This document shows, in pieces, positions 20,304 to 29,828 of a stretch of 64,000 bases of DNA. The notes below the pieces were generated by a model, which saw only the letters and a program-made list of their open reading frames with translations, searched no databases and had not been told where the DNA came from. Within the stretch, counting starts at the first letter, position 1. Each line of letters begins with the position of its first letter. The stretch is from Giardia intestinalis. Its lineage: Eukaryota. Position numbers and translations under genes: made by a program. The stretch lies in assembly GCA_000002435.2 (NCBI GenBank), contig CM018789.1, one strand, 5' to 3'.

Positions 20304-20876
20304 TCACTCAAAGTAGAGCGCCAACTTGTTGAGTATTCTCTGGTGAGTCTCCTCTATGTTATTTGTTGCCTCGACATTTATCCTCATCCCCTTACGGTCG
20401 AGCTCTCTGTAAATCTCCTGAGTCTCACTATTATAAATGGCTATTCTCTTCATGAGGGTCTCCTCGTTGTCATCGATACGCGTGCTTTTCGACAAGATGC
20501 GCTGGCGAATGCGGTTTCGAAGTGTCTCCTCGGAGCAGCTGAGCGTCAACATAATGTGGGGTGTTTCGCCGAAAATCTTAAGGAAACAATTATAATTATT
20601 AACAGAACGGGGAAATCCATCAATAATGATTACCTCCTTGTTAGAAGTTACACAGAAGTCATGTAAAAGAGCTGCAGTTATCATCCCATCAACAATAACG
20701 CCGTTCGCTATGCACTCCTTTATATATGCAGCATGCTCCGAGCCCGCCCTATTCATCTCAGCTCGGAGGCAATCGCCTGCACCAACACATGCCACCTTGG
20801 GGTGCTTTGCAAGGAGATCTGCCTGGGTACTCTTACCTGCCCCAGGTCCTCCAAGAAGAAAGACTATCACCTTCAT
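20304..20876 (-). CDS. Adenylate kinase / nucleoside-monophosphate kinase
   Basis: ATG at 20874-20876. P-loop GGPGAGKSTQ is present. The NMP-binding region ends in the DGFPRS motif. A LID-like segment precedes the C-terminal helix. The protein is 190 aa. Confidence 0.8.
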   Translation of the reverse strand: MKVIVFLLGGPGAGKSTQADLLAKHPKVACVGAGDCLRAEMNRAGSEHAAYIKECIANGVIVDGMITAALLHDFCVTSNKEVIIIDGFPRSVNNYNCFLKIFGETPHIMLTLSCSEETLRNRIRQRILSKSTRIDDNEETLMKRIAIYNSETQEIYRELDRKGMRINVEATNNIEETHQRILNKLALYFE

Positions 20877-20930
20877 ATAATTTTTTTGACCTTCCCCGCT
20901 CTGACAAACAATTAATTCGGCACACAGTTA

Positions 20931-22628
20931 CTATGGCAAATTGACCTGAGACTTAGCTGGCGTTGTCACGCCACACTCTTTACAGAACTCGGAGAAATCC
21001 CGGAAGCCTGCATCAGGGTCTTCTACACTAGCGTAAATGAATAGATGCCCTATTGTGGCAACTGCCAATACGTTATCGCACGGGTGATAGGCTAGGTGCC
21101 GAACACCCAGTATTCTATTCAAATTGGTCGCGGGAACGAAGGAGTTAAGGTCATAACAGCCATTGTTCAGCAGGGGCCGTGCGGCCACAGAGTATCCAGG
21201 GTACCTAACCTTCGGCCTCTTTTGCTTAATTGCGTCTCGGGTGACCTTAAAGCTCATTGCGGTTCCGTGTAGGTTGTAAATTTGAATGGAGGAGTTGTAG
21301 CTCCCCGTGGCGATAAACTGGCTCTTCCGGTCAATAGCCATGTTGAAACTGTCATACAGTGTCAAGGGATCACAGTATAAGCTTTGCACAAGCTCTGAAG
21401 GAAAGTTGACATTTATGGCATAGATGGAGAGGGGTTGGCCGGGATTCCGTATGTCATAGATGCACAAGTCTAATAGGTCGCGGGCGGCAACAGTGGTCGG
21501 AGAGATGAACTTGACGCTTTCTATTTGGAGGGGGTTTGGCTTGGCCATGACAAGCCTGAAAGTATCGCAGATTGCATTCATACGGGGGTCAATAAGTTTG
21601 ACCTTTCCATAATTGGTTCCGAATGCTATTAGCGAGCTCGTGGTAGGATCTAAGTCTGCTGAGCATATGGTCTCCACTATGTCTGAAAGGTTATGCGGCC
21701 GTAAATCGACCAGCATATGAGCAACAGTGTTGTCCTCTACCCACCACTGAGTTATTGTGAGGTCGTCGGAGGAAATAAACTGCTCCGAACCGGGTCCCAT
21801 GCAGACACTATTGATGTGGTAATTCGAAGCATGGGTGAAGTTCTTTCTTACCGCGATGGAGACCGTCGACGTTACAGGCTCCGTTGGACTGGCAGCAATA
21901 TTATCTGGGTACCTGTCCAGAAAGAGGTCATCTGCATGTGCACCTGTCCGGGTTTCTAAACCTGGTATTGGCTTTGTAGGGGCTCTAGACACAGACTCTT
22001 CTTCAACAGGGCGATCTATGTACCTGGCTGGCGGTCGCTCTGGCACACTTTCTGAGACAGAACTGGATGGTGAGCCGCCTGCTAGTGCCGGAGGGTGTGC
22101 CAAGTGAGTCTTGGGCACTTTAGTAGGGAACACCAAATCATCTACGCTGGTAATGTCCTTGTCCTTGTTAAAGCTTCCCCATGTATAGGTGTCACTTCCT
22201 AGACTGGCTGTTCCAACAGTATCTCTAATTCGCCACAACTTAATGTCCTTGTCGTTAGCGGAGAGGAAGTACATGTGCTGAGATAGGGGAGTTAAGAAGT
22301 TTATAGATGTTATCCTAGCCTGCACGTCCAGACTGCGCATATAATCGTATTCTGCCACGTGAGACTGGAACTCTAACATAAAATCATATTCGATAGACGG
22401 GTGGAGGGTCCCAGTTCGCGTCCGCTTAGGAGGTGCACCTGGATTTACGCACCGAAAAATAACGATTCTTCCACCGCAATCACCGACGGCTATGTGGTCT
22501 CCAGAGTTGCTAAATGCTAAGGACGATATGTAATCCGTTCTAGGAATAGAGAGAGGATCACAACAGTCACCGAATACCTGGCAATATCGATAATCGAGGT
22601 GATCCAGCAGGTACGGAGCGTGAGTCAT
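20931..22628 (-). CDS. Protein phosphatase 2A regulatory subunit B (B55/PR55 family, WD40)
   Basis: The ORF-track start is GTG; the first ATG (complement of 22626-22628) is preceded by ttttaaaataataacatccagcaaaATG. SSLAFSNSGDHIAVGDCGGRIVIF...EYDFMLEFQSHVAEYDYMRSLDVQARITSINFL...FLSANDKDIKLWRI aligns closely with the B55 N-terminal blades. HINSVCMGPGSEQFISSDDLTI matches HINSIS.NSD.ETYLSADDLRINLW. Confidence 0.85.
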   Translation of the reverse strand: MTHAPYLLDHLDYRYCQVFGDCCDPLSIPRTDYISSLAFSNSGDHIAVGDCGGRIVIFRCVNPGAPPKRTRTGTLHPSIEYDFMLEFQSHVAEYDYMRSLDVQARITSINFLTPLSQHMYFLSANDKDIKLWRIRDTVGTASLGSDTYTWGSFNKDKDITSVDDLVFPTKVPKTHLAHPPALAGGSPSSSVSESVPERPPARYIDRPVEEESVSRAPTKPIPGLETRTGAHADDLFLDRYPDNIAASPTEPVTSTVSIAVRKNFTHASNYHINSVCMGPGSEQFISSDDLTITQWWVEDNTVAHMLVDLRPHNLSDIVETICSADLDPTTSSLIAFGTNYGKVKLIDPRMNAICDTFRLVMAKPNPLQIESVKFISPTTVAARDLLDLCIYDIRNPGQPLSIYAINVNFPSELVQSLYCDPLTLYDSFNMAIDRKSQFIATGSYNSSIQIYNLHGTAMSFKVTRDAIKQKRPKVRYPGYSVAARPLLNNGCYDLNSFVPATNLNRILGVRHLAYHPCDNVLAVATIGHLFIYASVEDPDAGFRDFSEFCKECGVTTPAKSQVNLP

Positions 22629-22822
22629 TTTGCTGGATGTTATTATTTTAAAAGCATCATGATTGAATGCATATTGAACCGCGCTGCGAGCCACGCTGTA
22701 AGCAAGTCAGAGTTTGCTCACCAGCATGGCAGTGAGGGAGCTGGCACACAGGTGCCATTGTCACAGCACATGCACATCCTAACAGATTTCATTGTTGTTT
22801 TTTGGGCAAAAAAATCAAAAAA

Positions 22823-23990
22823 GATGGGCTCCATGTGTTCAACTGCGGGGTCTGACCCGCGCTTCAACGAGCTTAACATAAGGTTAGTTGGCTCCTTCGA
22901 AGATTCGTGGCCCTTGTCTCCGGAGCTGTTGGAGAAATACAGATGCCTTATTTCAGAGGGTAGGGAAATAGATGACTTTTTCCAGACAGCCGATTCTGGG
23001 CTTAAACTCTACCAAATAGCTACTCGGGAGAAGACAGAACAGGCAATGAATGCTTGCTTGGAGCAGATCGTCAAGGTGTCCGAGACAATTGCCCGCTATT
23101 TAGTGTTTCAGGAGTCGTTTGTACCGGCTTTAATTTATCTATTAGACTGTATTAACAAGAGTGCTGATTCTCCGTTTATCACAGATGCCGACGACCTTTG
23201 GATGAATATTACGAAGATGAATAATCCAAAGATATCTTCCTTACTAATCTTATTGACACAGCTGTTCGACATCTGCTCTTCCATAGACAAGAAGTTCCTC
23301 AACAAAAACTTCGACAGCTCAGTTGGAATCTTCCGGCGTCTGGCCCATGACAGGCATCTCGACATCAATCACTCCCTCAGTAGGCTTGCCACGTCTCAGA
23401 CGGTCTCCATGTCGCTGTCAGGCCCCGGCCCCACCCTTCGGCAGTTCATTCAGTCATGCGCATGCATGCCCACGCTCGAGCCAAGACACGTGCAGTGTCA
23501 GCGATCTTGTACTTGTGGCTGTGGCGTCATTCAGTGTGCGTGTGGGTGCCCTGAGTGCTGCTCTTGTCATGACTATACGCCCCCGCCTTTTCTTTTCGAG
23601 ATGACAGACGCCAAAGCGCCCATGGATGTCATGGAAGGAAGGATTGGTTTTCTGCTGACGGTCTTGAATGGGATTCTGGGAACTCTAGACAAAAACCCAT
23701 CTCTTCGCACGGGTCTAGATAGCGTTTACTACAGGCGGGTTCTCCTCTGCGGAACTACGTGTTTGAATAATCTCTACACAGATTATCTTCAGCGCTTCAA
23801 GAACCTTGACGCGTGCTCGGCCACGGGGATATTCCATGGTAGCTGCCCGCTTAGTGTTCTGCGCGTATGCAGCGCGATTACGTCGGGGGAGGACGAGAGC
23901 CTGTTTTTGCGCCACAATCTTGCGGACAACGCGCGAAAACCTAATGATAAGCCCGCCGATAGTAACGCTATCCTTACCTTTGCGTCTTAG
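22823..23990 (+). CDS. Hypothetical protein with an N-terminal MGxxxS (myristoylation-type) motif and a central Cys-dense cluster
   Basis: The ORF-track ATG at 22599 overlaps the divergent B55 gene. The later in-frame ATG at 22823 is preceded by gggcaaaaaaatcaaaaaagATG and gives MGSMCST. CQRSCTCGCGVIQCACGCPECCSC is a Cys-rich knot. Confidence 0.5.
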
Positions 23991-24145
23991 ACAGCGTAAT
24001 TATGGTAGTTTGTAAATTATGTTATCTGTCCGCAGTCCATGCATCCACTCACTAGCTTCCCACAAGAACGCGGTGGTGCTACTGCGCATCATTGTAGAAG
24101 AAGAGACAGAAGAGAAGGTAAATCAAAAATATCTCAAAGCTCTAG

Positions 24146-25693
24146 ATGGAGCTTTATGTCGTGTACTCGACAAAACTGGTGGAGGCCAGGGCATGGCTTC
24201 CTTTCTCAACGGTCTCCATGGAGTGCTCGTCCGTTCTGTCTGTGGCAGAGGCGGATTTAGAAAGGTTTTGCATCGATATGGTGCAATGGCTCAAAGATGT
24301 GCCAGAGAATGCTTTATTGTCATGTTTATCGCAACAGTCCCAAGAAGACGCCAGTAAGCTAGGGAATACCGTTAACATTTACCGAATAACCTGTCATGTT
24401 AGCTTTAGAGACGCCGATATGTCCCAGAACAAGTATTTGGCGCGTCTGAAAGCACTGTTGCATCGCTGTGCAACAGGGTGTACTATAGTATTTCAGGTGG
24501 AGACATATCGGCCAGTATACCGTCAAACTATCGTGGATTTTTGTATAACGTCCGCATTTTTGGCACAGCGCCTGGATTTCTACCAGTATTTAGAGTTTCT
24601 TGAGGTTAGCCAGTCGAAAGCTCAAGTTTCAGCAGCCAATCCCGCGTCTCCAGATGAGAGTGCTAAAGAATTCATTAAAAACAGCTTCCACAGACTAGTT
24701 GCACCAGTAATGAGCTTTAGAACCATTGACACATTGAGGAGTAGCTACTCAGGTGCACAAACAGAGGAGTCCAGAGAAAAGTTCAGGCTTGATCTTTCGC
24801 GCAGACTGTTTAATGAAACGGTATTTGAAGAGGTTGAGGAGGCACTTTCCAAGGAGCTTACAATTCCCTTGTCCAAACTGTCGGTAATTGTCCTCAATGC
24901 TTGTGAGAAGGCTCCTTTTCACAACGATTATTGTAATCTGCTTTTTTCTCTCTATGGCCTGTCAAACATAAAGTCTAGTCAGTACATACGTGGCCGTCAT
25001 ACGTCACTAACCTTAGAGAACGAGCTATATAGGTGCACGTTTCTTTACATGTGCATGTATGAATACATCTGGCTGGTGCTTCAGAACTCTCTGCTGGACT
25101 CTGTTGAAGAGCCTCAGGAACAAGGGAAAACAACGAAGATGATAAGAGGGAGCTTTACAGAGTCCTTCCACCAGGTGATCACCAGTGTCTATCGTCGGAA
25201 GCTGCAAGGATCACAGGACATAAATTCAGCATACATGGCATATGGTTCTAGCAAGCCTCTTGTGGTGCCAACAGGTCGCCTGGCCATACCATTTTCGCCA
25301 TTTCAGCATACACAAGGGAAAGTGAAGGATCTGACGTCCATGCTGAAGCGACTTGGGTTCACACTCATAACTGCTACCCCTGTCACTCGGCAATCTCCCG
25401 TATCCACACTATCAAAAGAGACATCCATCCCAACGCGGCCTTCGTCCAGTCCTCAGATCGCTCCCAGCAAAACTCCTGACCCAGATTTACCTGTCTGTGG
25501 CACACCCCAAAACATTCAAGCTCAATACAAGCTTGTTGAATGCAATAGCTTTGTTCTCAAGAACGGCCACCCACTTGACCAATTTGAGCAAATAGAGACG
25601 GGTAGGTTTAAAGCAGAAAGCAACAGACGATCAATGGATCAATTTACCATATTATCAATCAAGCAGCGCAACACTATGTTCTGGAACGCTTGA
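24146..25693 (+). CDS. Hypothetical protein of 515 aa; see the finding on a possible 5-prime extension from 24019
   Basis: ATG at 24146. The ORF is uninterrupted and protein-like. The last 80 aa are S/T/P-rich. TGA at 25691-25693 abuts the stop of the convergent WIPI gene. Confidence 0.55.
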   Translation: MELYVVYSTKLVEARAWLPFSTVSMECSSVLSVAEADLERFCIDMVQWLKDVPENALLSCLSQQSQEDASKLGNTVNIYRITCHVSFRDADMSQNKYLARLKALLHRCATGCTIVFQVETYRPVYRQTIVDFCITSAFLAQRLDFYQYLEFLEVSQSKAQVSAANPASPDESAKEFIKNSFHRLVAPVMSFRTIDTLRSSYSGAQTEESREKFRLDLSRRLFNETVFEEVEEALSKELTIPLSKLSVIVLNACEKAPFHNDYCNLLFSLYGLSNIKSSQYIRGRHTSLTLENELYRCTFLYMCMYEYIWLVLQNSLLDSVEEPQEQGKTTKMIRGSFTESFHQVITSVYRRKLQGSQDINSAYMAYGSSKPLVVPTGRLAIPFSPFQHTQGKVKDLTSMLKRLGFTLITATPVTRQSPVSTLSKETSIPTRPSSSPQIAPSKTPDPDLPVCGTPQNIQAQYKLVECNSFVLKNGHPLDQFEQIETGRFKAESNRRSMDQFTILSIKQRNTMFWNA

Positions 25694-26722
25694 TCAATCC
25701 GTCAGCATATTCAGGAAGTTCTCCTTCTCAATGGCATTATTTGCAATTCTAAGTTTATAGTAGGACCCATCTCCGCAGACCACAATCATGCAGTCGTTGG
25801 TGATGAACCTGCAGAGAGACACAGGGTCATCCAGGGCTATCTTCGCAAACGACCACTCGGAGTCGAAGTACTTGTTAATAGTGGACATAAACTGCATCTT
25901 GTGCTTCTTGTTGTCGGCCATCTGGGGCTGCATTCCATAGGCCATCTGGGTAGGCTGCATCACGTAAAACGTATGAAGCGTCTTGCGAGACGACGTTACA
26001 GCGATGATGGACGAGTCCGGCGAAAAGCCGATCGACTGGATGTCTGCCTTTTCACTCCCTCGTCGGACCTCCTTGATCTTTTGGAAGGAGTCTGTGGTCC
26101 AAACGCGAATGAGAGTTCCCTTGGAGCTAGCCGTGGCAATGAAGCGTCCATCGAGAGAGAAGTTGAGGCAACGAATATCATTCTCGTGGCAGATGTTGAC
26201 CAGATACGTAGCGCTCATGTTGGCTGAGTAGCGCTTGATAAGCACCTCGCCCATGCGAAGCCCAAGGGTGGCGATCATGACGTCTGTGTCCCCAACCACG
26301 GAAAAGATCCCGTGAGGATTGGGATAAGTGTCAAATGAATCCAGAAGCCTCATGTCTGATAAGTTATAAACGAATACCTTGTTCTCGAAGACGATGAAGA
26401 TCTTCTCTCTGGTCATGCAGGCGTTGAGCACGGGGGTTCTAAAGTGGACCTCTCCGATTGTCCTTCCACTCTGGTCGTCATAGACGGTGACCGCGTCCTT
26501 CGGGTAGCGCGAGTTCATGCCTGTTCCGACGATAGCAAGGATGGACGAACGAAAGAGCATGGCAACAACAGAGCACCCGTCAGGGAAGTCACGGCCGTAG
26601 AGAGGGCGGAACGGAACGGTGTTAAACACACGGAAGCCCCTATTTGTCCCTACAGTGATGCAGGATCCGTCCTGATTGAAAGATAAATAGAGTGCGCTGT
26701 TCTTGCCTGACGTAACCTGCAT
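25694..26722 (-). CDS. WD-repeat phosphoinositide-interacting protein (WIPI/Atg18 PROPPIN family)
   Basis: ATG at 26720-26722. The N-terminal LSFNQDGSCITVGT blade is present. TLIRVWTTDSFQKIKEVRRGSEKADIQSIGFSPDSSIIAVTSSRKTLHTFYV matches the PROPPIN phosphoinositide-binding region (IRVf.....l.EfRRG.....I.SlaFS.D...La.sS...T.HiF), with VRRG in place of FRRG. Confidence 0.8.
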   Translation of the reverse strand: MQVTSGKNSALYLSFNQDGSCITVGTNRGFRVFNTVPFRPLYGRDFPDGCSVVAMLFRSSILAIVGTGMNSRYPKDAVTVYDDQSGRTIGEVHFRTPVLNACMTREKIFIVFENKVFVYNLSDMRLLDSFDTYPNPHGIFSVVGDTDVMIATLGLRMGEVLIKRYSANMSATYLVNICHENDIRCLNFSLDGRFIATASSKGTLIRVWTTDSFQKIKEVRRGSEKADIQSIGFSPDSSIIAVTSSRKTLHTFYVMQPTQMAYGMQPQMADNKKHKMQFMSTINKYFDSEWSFAKIALDDPVSLCRFITNDCMIVVCGDGSYYKLRIANNAIEKENFLNMLTD

Positions 26723-26787
26723 TAACCTTTTTTAGTTTCCTCGGTGCTTTTTTTAATATAAAGAAAATTAAACACTTGCTGGTTTAA

Positions 26788-29757
26788 TTACCATTTGTCC
26801 CCGGGCTTCTTTTTAGCGTTCCCGCGGTGCCGCATCTCATCCCGCTTCTCCGCCTTTTTAGAGCGTGTTTTTATATGGCTTCCAGAGTACTTTTTGTTGT
26901 CTTTCCGCGACATGGAGACTCTATCTCGACACCCAGAGCCTCCTTCCCAGTGTGCAGTCCTCTTATGCGTAAGGTCTCTCTTGCAATATGGGCACGTTGG
27001 TTGCACGCCCGAATCTTTTCCGCAGAACCCACAGACTTGCATGCTTGCCACTGAATTTCCGCATGCACATGCTTTACTGTGGCACGTATCGCAAGGATAT
27101 GCAAGTCCACATGCAAAACGGAACCAGCGGTAGCTGTGGGACGCGTGCTTGCAGGATCCGTTGTTTGGTAGGGGGCCTGGTTGAATCTGCTGCTTCTTCT
27201 GCTGAATAGATGCTGTCTTAGGAAGGTGTATAGTCATGCCATTTTGCAGTGCAAAGATTGCCGTGCTGTAGCATAGACGTATCTTGTCAAAGCATATTGG
27301 GCAGAAGCTCTGGACAAAGCTCACCTTGTGGCCACCTTGAATCAGTCTCCATCCGTTGTGTTCACTGGTACTATGGCAAGACGTGCACTGGCATATGATT
27401 CCACACTTATTGATATTGGCTAGATTGATAGGTAGACAGGAGGTATGTGATTCAACGAGTAAAGCCTCCGCACCATGGGGACCGCCTGAGAAACCGTTAA
27501 AGATCAATGACTCTGCTATGATCTGCATGGTGTGACCACAGCCAGTACAGTTTGTTGAACCAAAAAGTGTTGCACCCTCTCCCTCCCTGGGAGTTAGGAC
27601 GAGAACTGCTATGCGTAGGCACTTTGAGCAAACAGTCGTGATATGCGGTGTCTTAAATTGGAGTAGGATGGCTCCAGTCAGAGATAGGTTCTTAATGTAG
27701 AGGCGTAGGCCACTCAGCCTTTTTCGCTGCCTCTCGTGCTGCTTCTTTTCGTTGTCTAACTCGTCTAGTATATCGTGTTTGCTGTCAGCATCATCAGCAG
27801 CAGCAGCAGCGAACGCGTCCTTATTGAGCAGAAAGTTCTCACACACTGATGCCGGAATACCGCTAAAGTCATAGTTGCCAATGCATGATTCTGTGCTCTC
27901 TTCGCTACTATTGTCTGTGTCATCGGCGCTATTTGATCCACTGCTGTCTGAAGACGTGGTATCTTCTTCGTCAAATGGAGTGTATCCATCCGCCTTAATC
28001 TTCCCCAGAGCCCGCGCTACTTTCAAGGCACTGGCCTTCTCCGCACTGGCATTCAGAAGGTCCGCGAGAATGTCTGGAAGAAAGATAGTAAAGAATGCAT
28101 GTATGTCCGTAAAAGTAGTCAATCTATCGTCAACTGGTATTTTCGATAGAGTCCCAGGCAGGGCGGCAATTAGATCCGACACCTGCTTATGGATGACTTG
28201 CTCATATATTTCTAATTCGTTAGCTGGGCAGGTGTCTTCCAAGAAGGGATCTTTTGTGATAGACGGGGCCATGTGTAGCATTAGATTAATTCCTTTGGTC
28301 AAATAGTACAACACATCATAGTCGTACTTATCAGCTGAATACTCTATGGCTATATCTCTTTTTGCGATGGACTGTACTATTTGTAGGAGTGTGTGCTTAG
28401 GATCTGGATTTACGAGCGGGGTCTTGGCCCTCTCGCCGAGCATAACGTTTATTATTAGAGGAAGATGCATGTCGGGGAACTCAGAAATCCCTTTGCAAAG
28501 AGACGGAAAGTTTGGTCGCAGCTTCTCTATAGATTCTTCAGACAAAAGAGAAAATGGGAAATTGAACTGGAGAAGAATGGTATCAGATGTGGAAGAGAGA
28601 ACAGTGAATCCGTTCTCAAAGAAATATCGCCCCAGCTTTAATAATTGAATCGTTGAGATGCATCGGGGAGCAATCGTCAATCCGTCGCTCATTACCGGAT
28701 TGTAAATCCCACGTATCTCACTGATCTGCTGTCCATTCTGATTGGTGACTGTGACCTTTGTATCAACTGGTTTAACTGTCGTTTCGCCCCCGAGGAGTGC
28801 CTCAAATATTTGCGAATATGTTGCACTATTTTCTTCAGTCCATGAAGGATTGCTATTGATGGGGATTACATTAATGGAGCGAGTGCTAGGGACATAGGGA
28901 GTAGCTTGAAGTTCAGATTCCTTAGAACACATAGAGGACTTGGCAAAATAGGCGAGCTTATGCTTCACAGCATGCTTTAGCTCTTCGGGAATCTCACCAG
29001 CTGAGCGTGCGTAGAGATCCGCATAGTATTCTCCAAGGGTTTTGAAGTCAGAGAGAGATCTGAATTTCAGGTCCTTGGGTGCTGAAACCTCCCAAGTAAT
29101 TACATCGCCGGTCGATGTGGCTAAAGTATTCTCCAAGTCCTTGACAGCCTTAGTGTCGGCTGCTGGAATGGTGACTAACGCAGTACATCTTTCCACTGGA
29201 TTAATGACCGACTCGACTGAGGCTTTCTTTGATGACGATATGGTTGACTCTGGTGCAGAGGCTGAGCAGCGAGGTGATGGTGGTAGCTGAAGAGTGAGAT
29301 CCTTGGTATCTGCGGATTTAATAGGAGGTGGTTCTGATCGAAGTTGGTAGCGCATAATGGTCGTTGTGCCTTCATAATGTTGATACCTTTCAAAGTAGGT
29401 CCAGAGCTTTAAAAGCGATGCGTCATAATCCTCGGCTAGCCTTCTCACAGTCTCCTCTACTCCAAGCTCTCCAATCATGTCGGTGACATGCTTGGCTAAT
29501 GCCTCTTTAAAGAAAGGTGGAAGGTCTTTTCCAGCAATCGCTACCTTGACTTTCGAAGGCTTATATGTCTTTGTGGAGAAGGCCAATATAACTGTGTACC
29601 CGGGTACATCAATTCTACTTGCATCCAGGGCCTGTAGTCTAAGCTTGCACGTGAAATAGTTCTCACGATATAACGGTCCTTTCTCAATAATGGTCACAGC
29701 ATCTGCCCCGAGAATGTCTTCAAGAGCAGAATGCTCTTTCCTATATAGATTGCTCAT
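26788..29757 (-). CDS. Large hypothetical protein (about 989 aa) with a C-terminal Cys/His-rich zinc-finger region that includes a CHY-type finger
   Basis: The ORF-track start is TTG at 29775; the first ATG is the complement of 29755-29757 (MSNLYRK). The C-terminal 250 aa contain many CxxC/CxxH pairs (CPICFD..., GSCKHASHSYRWFRFACGLAYPCDTCHSKACACGNS...CGFCGK...CPYCKRD), resembling the CHY zinc finger (GCKHY.R.C...APCC...YPCR.CHD). The tail is basic. Confidence 0.5.
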   Translation of the reverse strand: MSNLYRKEHSALEDILGADAVTIIEKGPLYRENYFTCKLRLQALDASRIDVPGYTVILAFSTKTYKPSKVKVAIAGKDLPPFFKEALAKHVTDMIGELGVEETVRRLAEDYDASLLKLWTYFERYQHYEGTTTIMRYQLRSEPPPIKSADTKDLTLQLPPSPRCSASAPESTISSSKKASVESVINPVERCTALVTIPAADTKAVKDLENTLATSTGDVITWEVSAPKDLKFRSLSDFKTLGEYYADLYARSAGEIPEELKHAVKHKLAYFAKSSMCSKESELQATPYVPSTRSINVIPINSNPSWTEENSATYSQIFEALLGGETTVKPVDTKVTVTNQNGQQISEIRGIYNPVMSDGLTIAPRCISTIQLLKLGRYFFENGFTVLSSTSDTILLQFNFPFSLLSEESIEKLRPNFPSLCKGISEFPDMHLPLIINVMLGERAKTPLVNPDPKHTLLQIVQSIAKRDIAIEYSADKYDYDVLYYLTKGINLMLHMAPSITKDPFLEDTCPANELEIYEQVIHKQVSDLIAALPGTLSKIPVDDRLTTFTDIHAFFTIFLPDILADLLNASAEKASALKVARALGKIKADGYTPFDEEDTTSSDSSGSNSADDTDNSSEESTESCIGNYDFSGIPASVCENFLLNKDAFAAAAADDADSKHDILDELDNEKKQHERQRKRLSGLRLYIKNLSLTGAILLQFKTPHITTVCSKCLRIAVLVLTPREGEGATLFGSTNCTGCGHTMQIIAESLIFNGFSGGPHGAEALLVESHTSCLPINLANINKCGIICQCTSCHSTSEHNGWRLIQGGHKVSFVQSFCPICFDKIRLCYSTAIFALQNGMTIHLPKTASIQQKKQQIQPGPLPNNGSCKHASHSYRWFRFACGLAYPCDTCHSKACACGNSVASMQVCGFCGKDSGVQPTCPYCKRDLTHKRTAHWEGGSGCRDRVSMSRKDNKKYSGSHIKTRSKKAEKRDEMRHRGNAKKKPGDKW

Positions 29758-29828
29758 GACGACTGCTACAAACAACTATAGAAAGTTTAGGAAATTTCGT
29801 TTTTACTCTTAAATCTTTGCGCTAGACC

